Source of the DNA: Methanosphaera stadtmanae DSM 3091
GTDB lineage: Archaea; Methanobacteriota; Methanobacteria; Methanobacteriales; Methanobacteriaceae
Direction: 5' to 3'
Assembly (NCBI RefSeq): GCF_000012545.1
Contig: NC_007681.1
Span: forward strand, 900,001 to 932,000
Length of the DNA: 32,000 bases
Numbering within the stretch: the stretch's first letter is position 1; each line of letters starts with the position of its first letter. The notes below the pieces were generated by a model that was given only the letters and a program-made list of their open reading frames with translations, was not told the origin of the DNA and did not search any database. The translations under genes and the position numbers were made by a program. Positions 24,609 through 32,000 of the stretch are shown here, piece after piece.

Positions 24609-24806
24609 ATGGTTGAATTAAAAATTAACAAAAAGGTAATACGAGAAAATGATGATGAAAACAAACCAATGTATGTAGAAATACCACCAGAAATTATAGA
24701 TGCCTATAGACTACATGATGGTGATAAAATAGAATGGACCTTTTTTATTAACTGTAAAAATCAGAAAAAAACAACATTTACAAAAAAATATACAGGAATG
24801 GATTAA
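24609..24806 (+). CDS. Small AbrB/SpoVT (MazE-like swapped-hairpin) domain protein
   Basis: RBS GGGGGA is present, 14 nt after the previous stop. MYVEIPPEIIDAYRLHDGDKIEWTFF fits the v-IP-x-e-i-x-x-x-l-x-x-GD-x-v-e-w pattern of SpoVT/AbrB domains. Confidence 0.5.
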   Translation: MVELKINKKVIRENDDENKPMYVEIPPEIIDAYRLHDGDKIEWTFFINCKNQKKTTFTKKYTGMD

Positions 24807-24878
24807 ATAATCTCTTCTTTCTTTTTTTTATCAAACAAATCTAAAAAAGTAATTCAGACTCTCTAATCAATGAGTAAT

Positions 24879-26738
24879 TTAAATACAATCAGATAAGAAT
24901 ATAGTATTTAATGGCGAAATTTCATTAATTAAATTCTTAATATTCTTTGACTGGGATAATAATGAAATATCTCCAATTATTATTAGTTTTTTACAAGATC
25001 TGGTAATTGAAACATTTAACTGATTCTGATTTGATATGAAATTCTCCTGAAACTTCGATAACATACCTTCCCTACTTTTACAAAAACATAATATAATAAC
25101 ATCTTTTTGTCTTCCCTGAAATCTATATATTGTATCAGTTTCTACATTCAAATTGTTCTTATATAATAATCTTTTTATATGGTTTTTATGCCTCCTATAT
25201 GGTGTAATAACTCCAATACTATCACTATCAAAATTCATATTTATAAGACTAACTACTATTTTTAATACAAGTTTTGCTTCATATTTATTACAACAGCCTT
25301 TACTTATATTATCTTCAGTATATTCCATGTTAGATGTATCTATAAATGTTATAGGTGATTCATTTAATAGAAAATTTCTGTTGTTTTTGAGAGCTATTTT
25401 TTGATTTCTTATTTTAGTGTATGTTTTCAATTTATTGTTATAATATAATTTACTTGCTATTGCAGATATTTCACTGTTCATTCTATATTGAATATTTAGA
25501 AATGTTGAATATTCAGGATATTTTTCTATTAAATAATTAAATATAGACTTATTTAGAATTAAAGAAGCATTGTTATTTATTATTGGCTGTAATTGTTTAT
25601 TATCTCCAATAATTATAAACTTTTTTGTTTTCATTAAGGCTATAAGAGCTAAATATAATGGAACCTGACTTGATTCATCCATAATAACATAATCAAAATT
25701 AATATCATGTATTAAATAATTTGATGATGCAATTACAGTTGAGGCTACTATTGGTATTTTTTTTATTATATTATATTCTATTTTTTCTCTGATTTTTTCT
25801 ATTTCTTCTTCTAAATTATAGATAATATCTTCCTTTTCTTGAGTATTTATATGTTGTGTATATGAAATATTATCATCTAGTCGTAATAGTTTTCTAAATA
25901 TTTTTGATATTATTGATTCATCAGATGATTTCTCAATATTAAAAGAATAGTTTTCATAACTTTTTTCTTTTAATTTTCTTATTTTTTCCTTTCTTTTAAT
26001 TATATGAATATATTCTGGATCTTGTTGGATATGATTGTTAATTGTGTATTTTTTCGTGTTTTTACTAATTTTTAATTCATCGCCAAGTCTAAGTATGTTA
26101 TTTTGAGGTATCATATCTAATTTTTCTATTATATTATCTAAAGCAATATGTGTATGGGCAGTGATGAGAATTCTTAAATCTTTCTTATATAATTGATTGA
26201 TTATTTCAACAATAGTATGTGTTTTACCAGTACCTGGAGGTCCTTGAATTATATGAAACATATTAGTTGTTAATGATTTATTTACAGCTATTGACTGATT
26301 TTTATTAAGATTTCTACATTTATATTTAGATTTTTCATAGTTAGGTGGTCTATAATCAAATAATATATTTAATAGTTCAGTATTATCTTTATCATGGTTA
26401 TTCAATATATTTAATTTTAATTCTTCTAATTTACGAATAATAATATCTTTTTGAATATTATAAATTGATATTTCATCATAAATATGAAAATCATTATTAT
26501 TATCTAATAATTTTAAAAACAAGGTTTTATTTTTATTTTTAATTAAGAATGCTTTTTGTCTGTTTATTTCAACTATTGAATTTAAGGATATATTTAAATC
26601 TTTATTGATATTTACTTCTAATACATCATCTTCAATATAACTAATATTACCCTTAATTAATTTATTTTCTTCTTTTTCCCTTTCAATAAGTTGTGTTAGG
26701 GGATATAATATTTTATTTTTTATCTTATATTCTATCAT
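24879..26738 (-). CDS. Superfamily 1B helicase, Upf1-like (DNA2/NAM7 family; AAA_11/AAA_12-type)
   Basis: All motifs occur in order: LNKNQSIAVNKSL, QGPPGTGKTHT (about 26220-26246), ILITAHTHIALDNI, DYVIMDESSQ, FIIIGDNKQLQPI, IQYRMNSEI, GVITPYRRH, YRFQGRQKDVIIL, NVSITRSCKKLIIIGD. A K/E-rich insert lies between motifs Ia and II. Confidence 0.88.
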   Translation of the reverse strand: MIEYKIKNKILYPLTQLIEREKEENKLIKGNISYIEDDVLEVNINKDLNISLNSIVEINRQKAFLIKNKNKTLFLKLLDNNNDFHIYDEISIYNIQKDIIIRKLEELKLNILNNHDKDNTELLNILFDYRPPNYEKSKYKCRNLNKNQSIAVNKSLTTNMFHIIQGPPGTGKTHTIVEIINQLYKKDLRILITAHTHIALDNIIEKLDMIPQNNILRLGDELKISKNTKKYTINNHIQQDPEYIHIIKRKEKIRKLKEKSYENYSFNIEKSSDESIISKIFRKLLRLDDNISYTQHINTQEKEDIIYNLEEEIEKIREKIEYNIIKKIPIVASTVIASSNYLIHDINFDYVIMDESSQVPLYLALIALMKTKKFIIIGDNKQLQPIINNNASLILNKSIFNYLIEKYPEYSTFLNIQYRMNSEISAIASKLYYNNKLKTYTKIRNQKIALKNNRNFLLNESPITFIDTSNMEYTEDNISKGCCNKYEAKLVLKIVVSLINMNFDSDSIGVITPYRRHKNHIKRLLYKNNLNVETDTIYRFQGRQKDVIILCFCKSREGMLSKFQENFISNQNQLNVSITRSCKKLIIIGDISLLSQSKNIKNLINEISPLNTIFLSDCI

Positions 26739-27273
26739 AACAAAAATATAATTATTACTATTTAATTAATATGTATTAATAATTTATTATAATAATGAAA
26801 AAGAAATTTAAAACTAAAAATGAATATAAAACTAGTAAAAGTCTTATATTCACCTATAGGATATAATTAGAAATATTGTACTAACAATAGTACACAACTA
26901 CACTATATTTGTGTATTCCAATATTTAATCATCATGATTAAAATATCGTCTTAGATATAATATTAAATTTAATGTATTTTCATAAATTTAACATAATATT
27001 TTTATGTTTAATTTTTTATATTAAACAAATAATATTTTATTTTTAAGTATATAATAATTTTATCATTCTAAGAATATTCCAACTCTTAAGTTAGAAATGA
27101 ATTAAATAAAAAAAATATTATAGAATAGGAATTAGAAAGATCATGTAAATATTAAATAATAACTATAAAATAGTAGATAAATCGACCCATAGAAAAAATA
27201 TAAGATAAATAGATTAAAATATTATTAGCTAACTAGAACATAACTTCTAAAAAAAAGAGGGAGAAAAAATAAA

Positions 27274-27510
27274 ATGCAAAAAAATTTAGAACAAGAAAAT
27301 AAACTACTAAAAATGGAATTAGATGAATCCAAAAATAATTATAAAAAATTATCATTAAAAATAGGAAAACTCATATTCCAAAATGAAGAGTATGAAAGGG
27401 AAATAAAAAACTTAAAAGAAAAAATCACACAACTAGAACAAGAAAATAACAAATTAAAAAATATTCAAAAAGAAAATAAATGGAATTTAAAATCATTGAT
27501 CAATAAATAA
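27274..27510 (+). CDS. Small K/E/N-rich coiled-coil protein
   Basis: A strong RBS AGAGGGAG lies upstream of the ATG. A 78-codon stop-free frame is unlikely by chance in DNA this AT-rich. The stop lies 2 nt from the convergent nitroreductase stop. Confidence 0.45.
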   Translation: MQKNLEQENKLLKMELDESKNNYKKLSLKIGKLIFQNEEYEREIKNLKEKITQLEQENNKLKNIQKENKWNLKSLINK

Positions 27511-27512
27511 TA

Positions 27513-28070
27513 CTATAAAATATCATCTAAATAAACAATATAATCATCCTTACGTGGTGTTATTTTAGGTTCAAAATCATCAGCAGGATAACCTAAAATA
27601 ACATGACCAATTCCAATATATTTCTCAGGAATACCCCATACTTTAAGAAGTTCCTTACCTTGAAGACTATCAAATTCTTCACGTGCTCTGTGAATCCAAC
27701 ATCCACCAACACCAATAGCATGAGCAGCATTAAGAATATTACCAATAACTAAACTTCCATCTTCTACACATGTAGGTATCTCACTATTAGCAAGTACTAT
27801 AATCAAAGTTGAAGTTTTAAAGAATGGATCATAATCTTCTTCAAGCTCTTTTTTAATATCCTCTGGAAAATAGGATAAATTCCATTTTGCTATACGTTCA
27901 ATAATATCTTCTCTTTGAATTACAAGAATTTTAGGTGATTGAAGACCTAAACCCGTTGGAGCATATGTTGCTGTTTCTAATATTTTTTCTAAATCATCTT
28001 TACTTACTACTTCATCTTTAAATTTTCTAACTGAATGTCTTGTCTTTAGATCATTTAATGTTGATTCCAT
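27513..28070 (-). CDS. Nitroreductase-family FMN oxidoreductase
   Basis: RBS GAGGAT is present. LKTRHSVRKFKDEVVSKDDLEKILETATYAPTG, NILNAAHAIGVGGCWI, GHVILGYP. Confidence 0.85.
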   Translation of the reverse strand: MESTLNDLKTRHSVRKFKDEVVSKDDLEKILETATYAPTGLGLQSPKILVIQREDIIERIAKWNLSYFPEDIKKELEEDYDPFFKTSTLIIVLANSEIPTCVEDGSLVIGNILNAAHAIGVGGCWIHRAREEFDSLQGKELLKVWGIPEKYIGIGHVILGYPADDFEPKITPRKDDYIVYLDDIL

Positions 28071-28147
28071 TTTATCAAATCCTCACAATTCTCTTTATTA
28101 TTTATATTTATTCTTTAAAATAAATAAATTTCCAATATAAAGAGTAG

Positions 28148-28957
28148 TTATTTTAACATAGACTTATAATCCTCAAATAAACTAACAAAAATATCATAAT
28201 GATTCATATTATCATTAAAAAGCATGACTGAATCATCATAACTATCATCTAGATAGAATAGTGTTAGAGCTGCAAAATTATCTGCAACTGTATAGAATAT
28301 CTTATGAATATTATTATTAGATAAATATAATTTGATAGATCCATTAGTTCTTAATTTTTCAAATAATTCATTATATTCAGAAGTTTTTATAGCATTTAGT
28401 ATATCATTTGAAGTTATTAATTCAAGTGTTGCATTATTTTTATTAATTGTATCAAGTATTGCTGCAATATGTAACTTTGAAAATATTGGGAGTATTATTC
28501 TAATTTCTTTTGACTGTTTTATCTTTTCTACATAGAAATTTATACTTTTATAATACTCCACATAATCAGAATATGTTAAAAATCCATCTTTCCATAGATA
28601 AAGATATCTTGAAAAATGTAGTGGAATATTATCTATATTATGAACATTCCAACATTTTCTAAGCTTATTTAATACATAAAAATTATCTATAACAGTTTTA
28701 AGATTTCTTATTGTAAGATAACCTGCAGAAGATAATTTATATATCTTGTTACTATGTTCTATTAATTTAAGATCTTGTAACTCTTTTAAGGTTCTTAGAA
28801 TATTACTTTCCTGTTTTAAAACAGTTCCTTTAATTTCTTCAAAATCACATTCCTTATCATATAATAATTCAAGAATATTTATTCGTAAATCAGAATTTAC
28901 AAGATATTTTATTGAATCATATGATGTGGATGTAATATCTTCTATATTATTAAACAT
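28148..28957 (-). CDS. Winged-helix transcription regulator of the FilR1/DUF1724 type (copy 2)
   Basis: GGTG precedes ATG 28957; the ORF track starts at GTG 28969, directly abutting the upstream stop. N-terminal wHTH: IKYLVNSDLRINILELLYDKECDFEEIKGTVLKQESNILRTLKELQDLKLIEHSNKIYKLSSAGY. WNVHNIDNIPLHF and the C-terminal sensor-like domain are as in DUF1724 proteins. Confidence 0.7.
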   Translation of the reverse strand: MFNNIEDITSTSYDSIKYLVNSDLRINILELLYDKECDFEEIKGTVLKQESNILRTLKELQDLKLIEHSNKIYKLSSAGYLTIRNLKTVIDNFYVLNKLRKCWNVHNIDNIPLHFSRYLYLWKDGFLTYSDYVEYYKSINFYVEKIKQSKEIRIILPIFSKLHIAAILDTINKNNATLELITSNDILNAIKTSEYNELFEKLRTNGSIKLYLSNNNIHKIFYTVADNFAALTLFYLDDSYDDSVMLFNDNMNHYDIFVSLFEDYKSMLK

Positions 28958-28969
28958 GAAAAACACCAC

Positions 28970-29839
28970 TTATTCTAAATTATTATTTTTAGATATTAAT
29001 TCTCTTATATCAATATATCCCCGTTTTAATGATTCATATTCCCTAAAAACACGTAAACCCCATCTTCTTGCATTTTCATCTTCTGAACGAAGAACACAAT
29101 TTTTATTAAATAATCCACTATCTTTTTTAACCAAACCTACAACAATTTCATTTTCAGAAACAACAAGTGCAATATTCAATGGTATTTTACGTAGAGGCTT
29201 TATATTAAAGCATATATTTTCCAGTGGTTTATCTGTCTTATAATTATTAGCATGTTGAATTATATATTGGGCAAAATCAAGTGGTACTATTACTTCAAAT
29301 TCTGATTTTTGATTCATCATAAATGCTATCATATCAGAACAATTCGGATGAAGATATATACAGATAGCTTTTACTAGTCCTTCTCTCATCATTGTTTGTT
29401 CTATTGTTTCTGTTGCTAGAAAAGGATTGATATTATCGGCCTGTATTAATTGACTATTATCTATATTGACATATGGAAGTGTAGCTAAACTATCTATATT
29501 ATCATTTTCTACTTGATGATTGTTTATAAAATCCACATATTCATATATGAAATCAAGGTTATTGTTAAAGTACAATAAATTTACTAATTTCATTTTTGTT
29601 GAAGTTGTTAAAGTATATTTTTCATTATTTTTATTAATATATTCAAATTCCTCAAGTTTATTTAAATTATTAGTGATTGAACTATAATTTAAGTTCGTTT
29701 TTTCATGTAATTCTTTTACAGTTAATTCTGAATCATATAAGCATATTAATAATTTAAGACGAACCTTTGAATTTGTTAAGAACTTTAATTCCTTTTTAAT
29801 AATATCAATATAATTATATTCATCATCTAACGTATACAT
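28970..29839 (-). CDS. Winged-helix transcription regulator of the FilR1/DUF1724 type (copy 1)
   Basis: RBS GGTGA is present. LKFLTNSKVRLKLLICLYDSELTVKELHEKTNLNYSSITNNLNKLEEFEYINKNNEKYTLTTSTK. The C-terminal ...LRSEDENARRWGLRVFREYES matches the family end (d..a..Wg..lFe.y). Confidence 0.7.
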   Translation of the reverse strand: MYTLDDEYNYIDIIKKELKFLTNSKVRLKLLICLYDSELTVKELHEKTNLNYSSITNNLNKLEEFEYINKNNEKYTLTTSTKMKLVNLLYFNNNLDFIYEYVDFINNHQVENDNIDSLATLPYVNIDNSQLIQADNINPFLATETIEQTMMREGLVKAICIYLHPNCSDMIAFMMNQKSEFEVIVPLDFAQYIIQHANNYKTDKPLENICFNIKPLRKIPLNIALVVSENEIVVGLVKKDSGLFNKNCVLRSEDENARRWGLRVFREYESLKRGYIDIRELISKNNNLE

Positions 29840-30152
29840 ATAATCACCACAGTAATTAATATATATAGTGATAATTTACTAAAATAAATTTACTAGAATA
29901 TATTCCAAAATACTTTATTTAATATAAAATATTTTTTAAAATATTAATAGTAAAATATAAAGAAAAGAAAGAAAAAAGAATAATTGGATAAAAATAGTGT
30001 ATTTAATATGAAACAACATAATAATGATAAAATATAACATATATTACAAAATAAAACTTATTTTCATTAGAAAATAATAATTACCACATATTTAAATATA
30101 TTAAATAAAAAATCATAATAATAGAATAAAAAAAGAAAATGAGGTGAAAAAA

Positions 30153-30881
30153 GTGGATAAAAAAATCATAATAGCAATAGTAATAGTTGCTCTTATAGGA
30201 ATAGTTGCTGCAACATACAATGCAACAGATGATGAAAATTCTGTATTTAATCCATTATCAGGAGTTTTAACTGATGAACAAACTGTTACAGATCTAGCTG
30301 CAATAGAAGCTAATGGTGCAGGAAGTCCAACACAAGAAGATAACAGCAATACAGGAATAAATTCAAAAAACAATGTAGATTCCAAAAACAATGCAAATGG
30401 AGCTAGTGGTACTACTACACAAAGTAGTAATAATAATCAAAATAATGCTAATAATGCTACCATAACATCTAATGGAAATAACAATCAACAACAATCAAAT
30501 CCACAAAAACCAGGAACAAATACTCCTACCAATAAAACACCAAGTAGTAATAGAACTTCACTAATATCTTCAGCACAAGCATCAGTTATTGCAAAAAATG
30601 CTGCAATTGCAGATGGATTAACTTCTGTTACAACATCACTTTCAGAAGAAATTACAGCAAATGGTATTAAATATTATTTAATTAATGTTTATTCAAATGG
30701 TAAATTTATAGGATATTATGAAATAAGTTCAAAAACAGGAGAAATAACAGGTGGAGCATTTGAAGGAGAAGCACCAGACACTCCACAAAAACCAAGTGAT
30801 ATACCAGACAATCTTAATGATAACAACACACCCCCATATAATCTAGTGAAAAAGTTTAACACGACAAATCATACAGCATAA
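30153..30881 (+). CDS. Membrane-anchored surface protein with an N/Q/T-rich linker and one PepSY domain
   Basis: GAGGTGA at 30141-30147 favours GTG 30153; the ORF track starts at GTG 30144. The anchor is IIIAIVIVALIGIVAATY. The PepSY-like segment is ISSAQASVIAKNAAIADGLTSV...NGIKYYLINVYSNGKFIGYYEISSKTGEITGG. Confidence 0.75.
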   Translation: MDKKIIIAIVIVALIGIVAATYNATDDENSVFNPLSGVLTDEQTVTDLAAIEANGAGSPTQEDNSNTGINSKNNVDSKNNANGASGTTTQSSNNNQNNANNATITSNGNNNQQQSNPQKPGTNTPTNKTPSSNRTSLISSAQASVIAKNAAIADGLTSVTTSLSEEITANGIKYYLINVYSNGKFIGYYEISSKTGEITGGAFEGEAPDTPQKPSDIPDNLNDNNTPPYNLVKKFNTTNHTA

Positions 30882-30888
30882 TACTATT

Positions 30889-30922
30889 TTTCTGAGATAA
30901 AATCTCAGAAACACTTTTTTTT
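30889..30922 (+). terminator. Perfect 10-bp hairpin plus T8 between convergent genes
   Basis: tttctgagat (30889-30898) pairs with atctcagaaa (30902-30911), loop aaa. It is followed by cac and T8 (30915-22), which overlaps the stop of the minus-strand gene. Confidence 0.55.
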
Positions 30923-32000
30923 ATAAATATTTATTTAATCTTTTAATAGCATTATATTTTTCTTTATTATCTATTTTTGCTTGATTAAGAGCATCTTGTA
31001 TTGTTTTAATAGAATGATCATAAACTTCTCTATCTACAGGATATGGAAAACCATCTTTTCCCCCATGAGCAAAACTATATTTAACAGGATCTTCCCAACT
31101 AGCCTTTTGACCATAAACTAAATCACTAATTAATGCTAAGGCTCTTATTTTCTTTGGACCAATACCTTTTAATGAAATTAATTCTTTATAATCAGAAGGT
31201 TGAATTTCATAAGCATTTCTTAAAACTTCAAATTCCCTATCAGATAAATCCATATCTAATACTTCATGATGTGAGGGCATGGAAAAGGATACTTGATTAT
31301 TAAATCCAGTAGGATCATTATCTTTTTCATTAAAATCAAAAAAATCTGTGAGAAGTGTCTGTTTAGGATCTTTTCTTCTAAAATATGTTCTTAAATGTTC
31401 CGGATTATCATTTACTAAATCCACACTGATTTTTTGTACTTCTTTACTTTCCTTTGAAGACATATCTAGGCTTTTATCTTCTTTTTTATTACATTCAATA
31501 GCAGTATGTGGACTACTTAGAAAATCATCCACACTTGTACTTAGCCAATGATATCTTCTTGCATAACATGTATCAGTATTCATTCCTTGTTGAATAACAG
31601 CCCATTTTCCATTTTCTGTTAAGAAGAAGTTATGCTGGTATAAGGTATATGTATCTTGAATACAGGAATTATCTATTTTTGCAGATAGTTTTGAGGATTG
31701 AATTAATTCATCTGTTTTTTTACTACTTAAATTAAATGTTGATGAAACATCTTCTAGTTGACTTGGAGTTTTTCTTGAATTTTTTCCTTTACCTCCAAGA
31801 ACAACAATTCCATGTTCTTCTGGATTTAAACTAGCACGAAGAGCACCACATGTTGTGGTTGTTGTACCTGAAGAATGCCAATCAAATCCAATTACACAAG
31901 AAAATCCTTGAAACCAATAGGGATTAGATATTCTTTTGAGAAATTCATCATGACCATACTCTTCAAGAATTACTTCTGTTATTGCAGCTGATAATTTAAC
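30921..32000 (-). CDS. DUF763-family protein (archaeal, helix-hairpin-helix containing); N-terminus outside the window
   Basis: The frame of the 30921..31583 ORF stays open to base 32000 (VKLSAAITEVILEEYGHDEFLKRISNPYWFQGFSCVIGFDWHSSGTTTTTCGALR...NGKWAVIQQGMN...). LISLKGIGPKKIRALALISDLVYG is HhH-like. SFAHGGKDGFPYPVDREVYD fits. The family name is from memory. Confidence 0.7.
   Translation of the reverse strand, partial: VKLSAAITEVILEEYGHDEFLKRISNPYWFQGFSCVIGFDWHSSGTTTTTCGALRASLNPEEHGIVVLGGKGKNSRKTPSQLEDVSSTFNLSSKKTDELIQSSKLSAKIDNSCIQDTYTLYQHNFFLTENGKWAVIQQGMNTDTCYARRYHWLSTSVDDFLSSPHTAIECNKKEDKSLDMSSKESKEVQKISVDLVNDNPEHLRTYFRRKDPKQTLLTDFFDFNEKDNDPTGFNNQVSFSMPSHHEVLDMDLSDREFEVLRNAYEIQPSDYKELISLKGIGPKKIRALALISDLVYGQKASWEDPVKYSFAHGGKDGFPYPVDREVYDHSIKTIQDALNQAKIDNKEKYNAIKRLNKYL

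Noticed and set aside
24331-27510. Helicase region as a mobile element or defence island
   Set aside because: There is no integrase, transposase, terminal repeat, tRNA target or nuclease/effector partner. The composition is indistinguishable by eye from the flanks. The helicase type is also known as a lone conserved gene in other methanogens.
28746-29243. 165-aa plus-strand ORF spanning the junction of the two regulator genes
   Set aside because: It lies antisense to two ORFs that carry clear wHTH/DUF1724-type features with RBS-supported starts. Its product is Ser/Leu/Phe/Ile-rich with no recognisable motif and no RBS.
322-31551. Remaining short ORFs from the track that overlap stronger genes on the other strand or frame. 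These are 322..648, 1229..1498, 3956..4153, 6552..6755, 7593..7805, 8985..9374, 13651..13839, 14708..14944, 15344..15697, 16023..16214 and 16414..16620. Also 16645..16887, 19279..19509, 19648..19920, 21347..21592, 22471..22743, 23359..23541, 25153..25404, 28332..28535, 30113..30391 and 31348..31551.
   Set aside because: Each is nested in or antisense to a longer ORF with family-level motifs or better translation signals. Their compositions are typical of antisense frames (Leu/Phe/Ile/Cys-rich), and none has a convincing RBS.
1-32000. Scan for tRNA, rRNA or other structured RNA genes (GC-rich islands in AT-rich intergenic DNA)
   Set aside because: No intergenic stretch shows the local G+C enrichment or cloverleaf-type complementarity expected for stable RNAs in an AT-rich archaeal genome. 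The only stem-loops found are short A/T-rich terminator-like hairpins.

Overview
Very AT-rich (by eye well under one third G+C), gene-dense window. It reads as chromosome of a pseudomurein-walled methanogen of the Methanobacteriales, Methanosphaera- or Methanobrevibacter-like. The basis is an MtaA-family methyltransferase, F420H2 oxidase FprA, rubrerythrin, superoxide reductase, an iron-sulfur flavoprotein, archaeal DUF2070/DUF763/FilR1-type families, and very large Asn/Thr-rich adhesin-like surface proteins. I support 29 protein-coding genes (two cut by the window edges), two near-perfect in-frame tandem repeat arrays, several hairpin plus oligo-T terminator candidates and a few TATA-like boxes. 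I saw no rRNA, tRNA, CRISPR array, transposase or integrase. Candidates worth a second look: (i) 2964-12117, a co-oriented surface-protein locus. It stacks three unrelated thiol-peptidase folds (transglutaminase-like, papain C1A, C39-like) with pseudomurein-binding repeats and an all-PepSY protein. (ii) 14608-18149, a tightly packed set of uncharacterised genes: RHH-like, membrane, small acidic, zinc-ribbon+SAP, and a convergent zinc-ribbon+HExxxH protein. This set sits behind a bacterial-type D-aminoacyl-tRNA deacylase. (iii) Two tandem FilR1/DUF1724-type regulators. (iv) An orphan barstar-like gene. (v) A superoxide reductase whose N-terminal iron site has decayed. All family assignments come from motif recognition by eye, not from searches.
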